From a virus, in the IMG/VR virus record IMGVR_UViG_3300018915_000004, positions 1 through 57,091 of that record: DNA of 57,091 bases. One strand, 5' to 3'. The translations under genes and the position numbers were made by a program. A model generated the notes under the pieces. That model searched no databases. It was not told the origin of the DNA and saw only the letters and a list, made by a program, of their open reading frames with translations. Below are positions 9,163 through 16,207 of this stretch, one piece after another. The number at the start of each line of letters is the position of its first letter. Within the stretch, counting starts at the first letter, position 1.

Positions 9163-9522
9163 CTAGCGTTGCCCTGTTGCAGCGCGGCGGATCGTTGCTT
9201 GGCCGTTGATGGCTGTTACTGCCTGAGTAACAACGACAGCAACAACGCGGCAGATTGAATGGCGGCGCGCCCAGGCTTGCTCAGTAGAAATTGCTGCGAT
9301 AACCTCACGGCGAACCGATTCAACAACCGCCTTAAACTGCTCAGCATTAAAAGGGATGTGAGCAACCTTGCCGCCGTCTACAACAACTTTGACCGTTGCA
9401 ACCCCATCTAGCAAAAACACGCCTTTGATGCTGTCTAGTGTGTAATGAACTGTGAGGTCAGAGCAGGAGTTGAGAACTTTAGCTGTGACGCGCTTGATGT
9501 AATAAGAGAAGGAGGGTGTCAT
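9163..9522 (-). CDS. hypothetical protein
   Basis: 119-aa ATG ORF. Confidence 0.6.
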   Translation of the reverse strand: MTPSFSYYIKRVTAKVLNSCSDLTVHYTLDSIKGVFLLDGVATVKVVVDGGKVAHIPFNAEQFKAVVESVRREVIAAISTEQAWARRHSICRVVAVVVTQAVTAINGQATIRRAATGQR

Positions 9523-9548
9523 ATAATCGAGGTTGAACTTTAGTAAGG

Positions 9549-9570
9549 GAGGCGCGATCGCCTCTTTTTT
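9549..9570 (+). terminator. GC hairpin plus T6
   Basis: GAGGCG-CGAT-CGCCTC followed by TTTTTT. The orientation fits termination of + strand read-through. Confidence 0.45.
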
Positions 9571-9583
9571 CTTGTCTTCTAGA

Positions 9584-9593
9584 AGTATAACAC
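9584..9593 (-). promoter_or_regulatory. extended -10 decamer GTGTTATACT
   Basis: Exact decamer on the - strand, 9 nt downstream of motif copy 5 and upstream of gene 9163..9522. Confidence 0.7.
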
Positions 9594-9602
9594 CTTGCCT
9601 GG

Positions 9603-9628
9603 AAGATGCAACAAATTTGAGACATCTT
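9603..9628. promoter_or_regulatory. 26-bp quasi-palindrome copy 5
   Basis: AAGATGCAACAAATTTGAGACATCTT. Identical 26/26 to copy 21. Confidence 0.9.
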
Positions 9629-9671
9629 TTTAGGTGATAGAGTAAGCGGATCTTGCTTACTCTATTTAGTG

Positions 9672-10250
9672 CTAGCGGCGGTTAGAGTAATTGGGTTCCC
9701 AGTTAAACTCATCCTCCTCATCAGCATCAGGACTAAAACCACACTGAGGACATACAAACCCATTAGGCGGCGGCAGATAACCCTTGATTTCTTCCACTGC
9801 TTCATCGTTTCTTAGCAGCAACTCATACGCCTCATCAGACTTACCCGCAAGCCATCCCACAGCCGCGATCAAGGCTTGCTCTCGACCTCTATAGTACGTT
9901 TCTCCATCAGGAGGACTAAAGGGCGCAAAATCACCGCTAGAGGCAGCAAGGCAACCGTAAGTTAGATCCCAGTATCCACTAGAGCGATCGCCCTGCCTCT
10001 CATCTCTTGGATTAGGGTCTAAAACTTCGGTAATTGCCAACTGATTAGGGAAGTGCAGATCTGAAGCTGGCAGGGCGTTCAACAGGGCGGCAACTTGCTC
10101 TAAAGGCTGTCTTGCTATCCGGTTGCTCATTATCCGCGCCTTAACCTGCTTGCTAAACTCATCCCAGGCGCTAACGCGGCGCGATCGCTCATCTGCGATC
10201 GCCTGAATCTCTCGGAAGCCTAAAACAATCTCATCATTGCTCTCATTCAT
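9672..10250 (-). CDS. hypothetical protein
   Basis: 192-aa ATG ORF with a C-terminal CPQCG motif. Confidence 0.6.
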   Translation of the reverse strand: MNESNDEIVLGFREIQAIADERSRRVSAWDEFSKQVKARIMSNRIARQPLEQVAALLNALPASDLHFPNQLAITEVLDPNPRDERQGDRSSGYWDLTYGCLAASSGDFAPFSPPDGETYYRGREQALIAAVGWLAGKSDEAYELLLRNDEAVEEIKGYLPPPNGFVCPQCGFSPDADEEDEFNWEPNYSNRR

Positions 10251-10293
10251 TAGCGGCTCTATCCTAAAGTTAGGTTTCTACATTTTAAAAGCT

Positions 10294-11085
10294 ATGGTCA
10301 CCCTAGAACCGGATCTATATCCTTTACTCAGTCGGCTTGCAACAACGTTGAACGCATCAATGGAAGTTCAAACGTTGGATATTGCAATCGCCAAGGAAGT
10401 GCAACAGATCTTGCAGGTCTGTAAAAGCGGTAAATATTTACACGGTTACTATCAGGGCGGAATAGACGGCAAAATCGGCAACCAAACCCGCGCCGCGTTT
10501 GCCGCTTTCAAGGCAGATCACTGGCTAGAATTTCCTGATGAAATAGGGCGATCCACTATCGCCGCTCTATTGGAAGTCGGGCGCGGCGTTCATCCTGTCA
10601 GTGAACAAGCGGCTAATTTTAATCAAAAGCCTTTACCTGAGGCAGGACAAAAGACAGGCGCTAAAATGACGCTCCCAACGGGAGAGATCGTCTACAGCAA
10701 TCAATGGATCTATCCTGGGTGTTATTTAACATGGGGCGAGTTCACAGCGAACTGTACCCGCAAGCTAGAACATAAATATCTGGTGGCAAATGCGATCGCC
10801 TACGCTAAAGTTTTTGGTTGGGTGCGTGACAAGTACGGCAGCGCGATAATATTGACTTCAGGCTATAGACCTCCCGCGATAAATAGAGCAGTGGGAGGCG
10901 CTAGGCAGTCAATGCACCTACAAGCACTCGCGGGAGATAAGCGCCCTCTAGATGGCAATTTGCCGCGCCTCCTAGAGGTAATGAAGGCATCGGCATTTAC
11001 AGGAATAGGTCTGGGCGGCTGTAAAGGATTTCAACACGGAGACTTAAGACCAGGCGATCGGGTTGTGTTTGGGTATGGGTGCTAA
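10294..11085 (+). CDS. endolysin: peptidoglycan-binding domain plus peptidase M15 (M15_3-like)
   Basis: GGIDGKIGNQTRAAFAAFK (PG-binding) and SGYRPPAINRAVGGARQSMHLQALAGD...GIGLGG..FQHGDLR (M15 metal ligands). ATG 10294 preferred over the TTG at 10237 used by the ORF track. Confidence 0.8.
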   Translation: MVTLEPDLYPLLSRLATTLNASMEVQTLDIAIAKEVQQILQVCKSGKYLHGYYQGGIDGKIGNQTRAAFAAFKADHWLEFPDEIGRSTIAALLEVGRGVHPVSEQAANFNQKPLPEAGQKTGAKMTLPTGEIVYSNQWIYPGCYLTWGEFTANCTRKLEHKYLVANAIAYAKVFGWVRDKYGSAIILTSGYRPPAINRAVGGARQSMHLQALAGDKRPLDGNLPRLLEVMKASAFTGIGLGGCKGFQHGDLRPGDRVVFGYGC

Positions 11086-11086
11086 T

Positions 11087-11112
11087 TCGTTAGACCAAAT
11101 TTGAGACATCAT
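11087..11112. promoter_or_regulatory. 26-bp quasi-palindrome copy 6
   Basis: TCGTTAGACCAAATTTGAGACATCAT, 1 nt after the endolysin stop codon and abutting a 13-bp-stem hairpin. Confidence 0.85.
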
Positions 11113-11147
11113 GCAGGGGTAGCAACAACTAAGATTGCTACCCCTGC
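11113..11147. terminator. 13-bp perfect hairpin between convergent genes
   Basis: GCAGGGGTAGCAA-caactaaga-TTGCTACCCCTGC. No clear U-tract on either strand. Confidence 0.55.
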
Positions 11148-11151
11148 AACT

Positions 11152-11892
11152 TTAGAGCGCCGCGATTAATTCCTTAGCTAAATCGTTAATACTGCCAATC
11201 CCTCTAAGCGTCTTACGTTTGCCGCTCATCACTAAATCAATTCGTTGCTGCTTTTGACCTAAGAGGGCATCAATCATGATATCAATGTCGCTAAGCTGCA
11301 ACCATATCGCGTTAACTGTAGATTTTTGCCCGATTCTATGCGCTCTGTCCTCTGCTTGTTCCGCGTCGCCTGGTGTCCAGGGGCGATCGCACATAATCAC
11401 ATAGCTTGCCGCTGTCAGGGTTAAGCCTACGCCTCCCGCTCTTATTGTTCCTACAAATGCTTTAGACGTTCCTGCCTGGAAGCGCTCAACCATGTCTTGA
11501 CGCTTATCTGATTCAACGTCGCCTGTCAGCAACTCTACTGAGGTTGTCTCGCCTAACGTTGCCGCGATCGCTTTGGCTGATTCTAAAAACTCAGTAAAGA
11601 TGATCACTTGTTCGCCGCTTTCTAGTAGTTCCTGTACTGTCTCAATCGCTGCTGCTGCCTTGTACTTGCTCCCAATCCGGCGCAATGCTTGCAGGGTTAC
11701 TAAAACCTCAGCATCCGGATCAACCTCTCCCAGTTCGGCGCGGCGGCGGAAGTCAGCAACAGCGGCTTGTATTTCTGAGTTGTAAGCGGCTTCATCGGCG
11801 GCGCTTAAGTCAATTGGACGGAGCGATCGCAACTTCTCAGGCAAGTCTAAACAGTCATGCTTTTTACGCTGCAAGATCACGTCTTGTGTCAT
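11152..11892 (-). CDS. stand-alone SNF2-family helicase C-terminal lobe
   Basis: ..ILQRKKHD.LDLPEK.., FTEF......L, LTGDV....RQ..V.RFQ, GGVGLTLTAAS.VI..D..WTPG...QAEDRAHRIGQ (motifs IV-VI). No DEXH N-lobe nearby. Confidence 0.7.
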   Translation of the reverse strand: MTQDVILQRKKHDCLDLPEKLRSLRPIDLSAADEAAYNSEIQAAVADFRRRAELGEVDPDAEVLVTLQALRRIGSKYKAAAAIETVQELLESGEQVIIFTEFLESAKAIAATLGETTSVELLTGDVESDKRQDMVERFQAGTSKAFVGTIRAGGVGLTLTAASYVIMCDRPWTPGDAEQAEDRAHRIGQKSTVNAIWLQLSDIDIMIDALLGQKQQRIDLVMSGKRKTLRGIGSINDLAKELIAAL

Positions 11893-11906
11893 CTTGGCAA
11901 GGTCAT

Positions 11907-12335
11907 CTAGACAAGCCGCGCCCTGGTTATCCCAAACTTGCTTACCTGTCCTAGAGTTGACAACTTTATAACCTGCCTGACAATATCTTTTTTCATAGGC
12001 ACGGCAGTTTTTGCGGGAATCGCAGCAACACTGGTTGCCTTGCCGTTGCTGTTGTTTTCCTCAGTTGCCTTTAACCGCTCCTCAATGATCGATCTTGTTG
12101 TTCCTAGTTCTTCGGCATTCATTCGTTGCCCTAAGACAGCGATCGCAATTTGCCGCCCTATCGATCCTTGCTGCCTCTCTTGCGGGTTTAGTTGCGTTGC
12201 ATTGCGTTCTAGGGAGTCTAGAAAGCACTCAAAACCGATCCGCGCTTCTAAGAGAGAGGCGTTGTCACTAAACACACTGATCACCTGTTTAAAGGTTGTA
12301 GCAGGATCGATCATGTCTGGGTTGATTATCGCCAT
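11907..12335 (-). CDS. hypothetical protein
   Basis: 142-aa ATG ORF. Its start lies 4 nt from motif copy 7. Confidence 0.6.
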   Translation of the reverse strand: MAIINPDMIDPATTFKQVISVFSDNASLLEARIGFECFLDSLERNATQLNPQERQQGSIGRQIAIAVLGQRMNAEELGTTRSIIEERLKATEENNSNGKATSVAAIPAKTAVPMKKDIVRQVIKLSTLGQVSKFGITRARLV

Positions 12336-12339
12336 AATT

Positions 12340-12365
12340 AAGATCGCTCAAATTTGGTCTATCTT
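12340..12365. promoter_or_regulatory. 26-bp quasi-palindrome copy 7
   Basis: AAGATCGCTCAAATTTGGTCTATCTT. Identical 26/26 to copy 31. Lies between the -10 decamer and ATG 12335. Confidence 0.9.
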
Positions 12366-12370
12366 GCAAA

Positions 12371-12380
12371 AGTATAACAC
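12371..12380 (-). promoter_or_regulatory. extended -10 decamer GTGTTATACT
   Basis: Exact decamer on the - strand, 5 nt upstream of motif copy 7. The predicted TSS falls at the motif edge. Confidence 0.65.
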
Positions 12381-12392
12381 CAAGTAATAGCG

Positions 12393-12842
12393 CTAGATCA
12401 ATGAGTCGCGGATCTCTTGCTCTTGTAGTCGCTCCTCATCGAGTTGCCGCTCTAAGCGATCGCGCTCCTGCTTGGCTTTGTTGATAGAGACGTTGTTTAG
12501 CAGATGGAGCAACCTTGCTGAGTCTTGATCTCTGCCCATCTTTTTAAGGTTGTCGGCTGTCTCTACCACTAAACGGGCGCTCTGAAAGCTTGTGGCTCTC
12601 ATCCCAACTTTGACGGCGATCAAGCTTACACTACGACCGCGCTTACTGGTCACTGGCAAGCCGCCCTTGTTTTTGTTCCTGCTTGCGGCGCTTTTGCGCT
12701 GTCTCCCTAGCTCTGTTTCATGGCACCAGAAAAGATCCAACGCCATCCTTACACGCTCCTCTACAAGCAACTCTACCAAACAACTCTCATCTGGGTTATC
12801 GACATTTTCAATCGTTGCGATCGCTAAACTCTTCTTATTCAT
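12393..12842 (-). CDS. hypothetical protein
   Basis: 149-aa ATG ORF with a basic central region. Confidence 0.6.
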   Translation of the reverse strand: MNKKSLAIATIENVDNPDESCLVELLVEERVRMALDLFWCHETELGRQRKSAASRNKNKGGLPVTSKRGRSVSLIAVKVGMRATSFQSARLVVETADNLKKMGRDQDSARLLHLLNNVSINKAKQERDRLERQLDEERLQEQEIRDSLI

Positions 12843-12846
12843 GATT

Positions 12847-12872
12847 AAGTTGTCTCAAATTCAATACATCTT
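12847..12872. promoter_or_regulatory. 26-bp quasi-palindrome copy 8 (degenerate core)
   Basis: AAGTTGTCTCAAATTCAATACATCTT, 4 nt from ATG 12842. Confidence 0.65.
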
Positions 12873-12882
12873 AGTGTAGCAC
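12873..12882 (-). promoter_or_regulatory. -10 decamer variant GTGCTACACT
   Basis: 8/10 match to the decamer, directly abutting motif copy 8 on the - strand. Confidence 0.45.
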
Positions 12883-13944
12883 TTAGCCCAAATTCTTAAG
12901 GGCAAGCAATCTCACGAATTCAGGCGATACAGCATAGCCAAAACCAACACCCGCGATCGCGGGTACATCGGGATACTGAAACCAATCAGGGAAGCCACAG
13001 ATCCGGCGTATGTGAGAGAGGTTAAGCGTCTTCATCTCACCTCGGATCATTGCGTCCATGAAATACCAACGGTTAACCAAGACGTTATGATCGTTGGGTT
13101 TGCGGTCTGTAAACATCATTCTGATTATTGTTGGCGCTACCTCAAACGCTGTTCTGATCTTATGTTCGCCGCCGTGGTACGCTTTGCGCTCAATCAGTAA
13201 AGTGCTGCTATCCTCTCCAAAATGGTATTGATGAGCTTCAATTGCAACCTCTTGCCCTGGCAACAGGCGATCGCTTGGCAACTTGCGGAACGGCAGATCG
13301 CCGCAAGCCTCATACCATCCATAGCGGCGCGTAGGTGTTGGGAAGTACCACGGCTTAAGGTCTGCTTTCCAGGCTAGCAACCAATACCTGATCCGATCTT
13401 GTGCAATGCCGTAATCAGCCATGTTGACGATCCTATGCTGGTAAAGATAGCCGTTATCATCTAGTGTCCTGTAAAGGATCTTTGCTCCCTCGCTATAAAC
13501 AAACGCGGCAACCTGTTCAACCGTCACAACTTCAGGAGCGATCGCTTCTATGCCTGTTGAGAAGCTTTTTACATTACTCACATCTCCCTCAGTCTCACCT
13601 GTGCTGTGAGTATTGACGTTGCTCAAGTTCGAGCAAACAGGCGATCCGTGATACCAGTAAACTGAGCCACGTTCAACCATGTCGAAATTACGCGCCGCTG
13701 CTTCCTGAACTGTTATTAAATGCGATGTGTGACCGTAGCGCCCATAATTAAGCTCTTGAATCTTGCCAAACTCCTTAGAGAGGATCGGTTTTCTTGGATC
13801 AAATTCAATGCTACCTAGGGGAGTAACAAGATCACTCATTAACGCGCCTGTCTCAACGCCGCCTAGACCGCTAAAAGCAGTTAAAAGGGTGATAGGGCGT
13901 TTTATGTTTGCGGAAGGTCTAGAGGCTTTTAAGGAGGCAATCAT
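12883..13944 (-). CDS. DNA (cytosine-5) methyltransferase
   Basis: Motif I LLTAFSGLGG, motif IV GSPVCSNLS (catalytic Cys), motif VI TVEQV, motif VIII QDRIRYWLLA. Confidence 0.8.
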   Translation of the reverse strand: MIASLKASRPSANIKRPITLLTAFSGLGGVETGALMSDLVTPLGSIEFDPRKPILSKEFGKIQELNYGRYGHTSHLITVQEAAARNFDMVERGSVYWYHGSPVCSNLSNVNTHSTGETEGDVSNVKSFSTGIEAIAPEVVTVEQVAAFVYSEGAKILYRTLDDNGYLYQHRIVNMADYGIAQDRIRYWLLAWKADLKPWYFPTPTRRYGWYEACGDLPFRKLPSDRLLPGQEVAIEAHQYHFGEDSSTLLIERKAYHGGEHKIRTAFEVAPTIIRMMFTDRKPNDHNVLVNRWYFMDAMIRGEMKTLNLSHIRRICGFPDWFQYPDVPAIAGVGFGYAVSPEFVRLLALKNLG

Positions 13945-13969
13945 CTGTTAAATCAAATAGGGAAAAATG

Positions 13970-14012
13970 GGCAAGAAAAAGGGCGGCTGTGCATTATCTG
14001 CGATCGCCGCCC
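13970..14012 (-). terminator. rho-independent terminator
   Basis: On the - strand: GGGCGGC, an 18-nt loop, GCCGCCC, then TTTTTCTTG. It follows gene 14029..16095. Confidence 0.7.
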
Positions 14013-14020
14013 TGAATATT

Positions 14021-14046
14021 TTGATAGCTCAAATTTGAGACATCAT
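14021..14046. promoter_or_regulatory. 26-bp quasi-palindrome copy 9
   Basis: TTGATAGCTCAAATTTGAGACATCAT. Encodes the last residues (..MMSQI*) of the ParB-domain protein. Confidence 0.85.
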
Positions 14047-16095
14047 GGCAATTAATACGCGGCTCATCAGGTAAGCCTTGATCTCTTCATCCGTTGGGAG
14101 AGATTCGATCAACTCTTCTGCCGCCTCTCCCTGCCTCATGTAGCCGTTCCAAACCCCATCACTATCCAACTCAATCCGTAGGCTGTAGCCTTGCCATTGG
14201 CACTCAGTACCTACCCAAATAGGAAGCTTGATCACTTCCTTGGCATCAAGCGTGGAAGTTGCGATCATCTCCCGTTGGAAGGTTACAAGGCAATGTCCAG
14301 AGAAAACCCGCTCAAAATTTAGCTTATCCTCAGGATTCTTAGAGTAAAACAGGATCGTTGTGTCGTAGCGGTTTGTAGAGCTTCCGCTTTCTTTAGGCTC
14401 TCCCTCTTTAGGGAAGAGATTGTTGTAACGGAAGATCTCACCCTCCTCAAACTCCAAGCGACCACCCCACTGGGCAACAGTAAAACCATGCTTTTTAATG
14501 AGCGCCTGACACGTTGGCAGGTTTGTAATAGAGTTCTGGCTAATAATGAACATCCGATCAACTTGCCCCAATTCAATCCAGTAAGCGAGCGCTTGGAAGC
14601 ATTTAACCTGCTCTCCCCACAAGACATTGGCAAAAACATCTCCCTTAACCTCATTGACGTAGTTAGATCCTTCCTTCTTTAAGAAGTCATCAACAACCGT
14701 GTACTGATGGGTAGAGGGAATGTGATCCAAGTTGGTCAAGTCAGCGAAAGCATCATAATCAAACTCATTGCGCTTGATGGTTTCCAAGCACATATCGACT
14801 ACAAAGCGCTTAGTAAGGCGGTTGTCGCTTGGCTTATCGCCGTAGTCATCCCGCGCCTGTTTAGCTAGCCTCCATACGGCGCGTTGCTCATCAGATGCGT
14901 TGATCCAACGATCGCGGCAAGCTGGCTGTAACTCCTCAACCTCTTTCTCTAGCGCTTCTAGCTCCTCCTCTGGCATCTCATCAAGTGGGTTGCTTTCTAC
15001 TACAGCCGCCGCGCCCTTGCTTCCGTTGCTTGCAGCAGCGCCGCCGCTGTTGCCTCCTCCTCCTCCACTGCCAGCATTACCGCTGCCACTGTTTTTCTTG
15101 CCTTTACCCCTGGTAATCACGGCGTTACGTTCCGCGATCGCTCGTTTAGCATCTGCGATCGCCTTGGTTGCGTTGGTTCGGCTTTTGTCCGTACTTAAGA
15201 GGTTATGGCAAGCCGCGATCATAACTTCATCAGTCAGGTTTTCACGGTCTTTATCGCGTTGGTAGATTTGCTTGAGGGAGATTGCCGCGTGAGTTGATTT
15301 TGTTCTTACCTGCTTCCATAGGCTCACTAACTCCTCATTCTTAATCCCTTCTAAAAACTTGTCTACCGTTAACTGATTTTGTAGATCAGTTGGCTTCATT
15401 CCTAGCTTTTCCGCAACGATCCTGATTGCCTTGCCTTGCTCCTCCTTAGGAACTCCCGTTATTCTGGCTTGCGATCGCCGCTTATGTGCCTTGAGTTGCT
15501 CAATCTCGATCAACACTGCTGCCTCAGCAAGGATAGTATCGCGGCTCTTATTCTCACGATATTGATTCTCCTTGATGAGCGCTTCTAGCTCATCCTCTGG
15601 GCTGTCAAAGCGCTTAACGATTACTGGGACTAGGCTAATCTTTTTAGTGTTGTGTAACCGCTCTGACTCTTCATTGATCTGGTTTATGCAGAAATTGCGG
15701 CGGTGTCCTGAGATGATTAATCCCTCAGGAGTGATGATGTACTCCGATACATAAGGGGAGTCGCTGTTAAGAAGCTCATAAAGCTTTTGGGTTTCCTCAT
15801 CCCCTGCATAAATTACCTTGTTTTTGGGATGAGGAACTAAGAGGCTAGGATCGACTTTAATGATCTGCAATTCATCAGCGCTTAAATCACCTGAAACCTG
15901 GTGATACTTGCGGATCACGGCATGAATTGCGATCTCGCGATCGCTTGTCAAACTGCCAGACCAAACCAAGTTGCCATCATCTAGCAAACAGGGGTAGTAA
16001 TTGCCCTCAACTTCTTTAACTGAAAGTGTGTATTGACCTTCCTGCCGCTGAAAAGAAAGCTGATTTGCTGGGATTGCTTCAATTGTTGCTGTCAT
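14029..16095 (-). CDS. ParB-like nuclease domain protein fused to a Dam-like (phage N6-adenine methyltransferase fold) domain with an atypical catalytic motif
   Basis: ParB/Srx box ..PHPKNKVIY...IISGHRRNFC. Gly/Ser linker. The C-terminal block order FDYDAFAD / VFANVLWG / MFIISQNSIT / GGRLEFEEG follows Dam family blocks, but NVLW replaces (D/N)PPY. Start trimmed to ATG 16095 because the track GTG at 16143 lies in the -10 decamer. Confidence 0.65.
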   Translation of the reverse strand: MTATIEAIPANQLSFQRQEGQYTLSVKEVEGNYYPCLLDDGNLVWSGSLTSDREIAIHAVIRKYHQVSGDLSADELQIIKVDPSLLVPHPKNKVIYAGDEETQKLYELLNSDSPYVSEYIITPEGLIISGHRRNFCINQINEESERLHNTKKISLVPVIVKRFDSPEDELEALIKENQYRENKSRDTILAEAAVLIEIEQLKAHKRRSQARITGVPKEEQGKAIRIVAEKLGMKPTDLQNQLTVDKFLEGIKNEELVSLWKQVRTKSTHAAISLKQIYQRDKDRENLTDEVMIAACHNLLSTDKSRTNATKAIADAKRAIAERNAVITRGKGKKNSGSGNAGSGGGGGNSGGAAASNGSKGAAAVVESNPLDEMPEEELEALEKEVEELQPACRDRWINASDEQRAVWRLAKQARDDYGDKPSDNRLTKRFVVDMCLETIKRNEFDYDAFADLTNLDHIPSTHQYTVVDDFLKKEGSNYVNEVKGDVFANVLWGEQVKCFQALAYWIELGQVDRMFIISQNSITNLPTCQALIKKHGFTVAQWGGRLEFEEGEIFRYNNLFPKEGEPKESGSSTNRYDTTILFYSKNPEDKLNFERVFSGHCLVTFQREMIATSTLDAKEVIKLPIWVGTECQWQGYSLRIELDSDGVWNGYMRQGEAAEELIESLPTDEEIKAYLMSRVLIAMMSQI

Positions 16096-16133
16096 TTGTT
16101 TAAGTACCTGTGTGTTTTTCTCTGTCTCACCTG

Positions 16134-16143
16134 AGTATAACAC
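16134..16143 (-). promoter_or_regulatory. extended -10 decamer GTGTTATACT
   Basis: Exact decamer on the - strand, 39 nt upstream of ATG 16095. Overlaps the edge of motif copy 10. Confidence 0.7.
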
Positions 16144-16167
16144 CGTAATTCAAATTTGAGACATCTT
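16142..16167. promoter_or_regulatory. 26-bp quasi-palindrome copy 10 (one half degenerate)
   Basis: ACCGTAATTCAAATTTGAGACATCTT. Confidence 0.65.
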
Positions 16168-16181
16168 AAAACACTTTCTTC

Positions 16182-16207
16182 AAGATGTCTCAAATTTAGC
16201 CTATCTT
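16182..16207. promoter_or_regulatory. 26-bp quasi-palindrome copy 11
   Basis: AAGATGTCTCAAATTTAGCCTATCTT. Overlaps the helicase stop at 16196. Together with copy 10 it forms GAGACATCTT-N14-AAGATGTCTC. Confidence 0.75.

Noticed and set aside
11893-12060. Joining 11907..12335 to the SNF2 fragment by a frameshift or sequencing error
   Set aside because: The upstream ORF shows no helicase N-lobe motifs, so a fusion would still lack the ATPase. The tidy 14-nt gap between stop and ATG argues for separate genes.
14308-14329. Degenerate motif-like sequences inside genes (for example CCGCTCAAAATTTAGCTTATCC at 14308, and others near 16335, 20730, 30113, 49488 and 56598)
   Set aside because: Each has indels in the core or only one recognisable half. 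I did not count them among the 32 copies. They may be decayed copies or chance matches.
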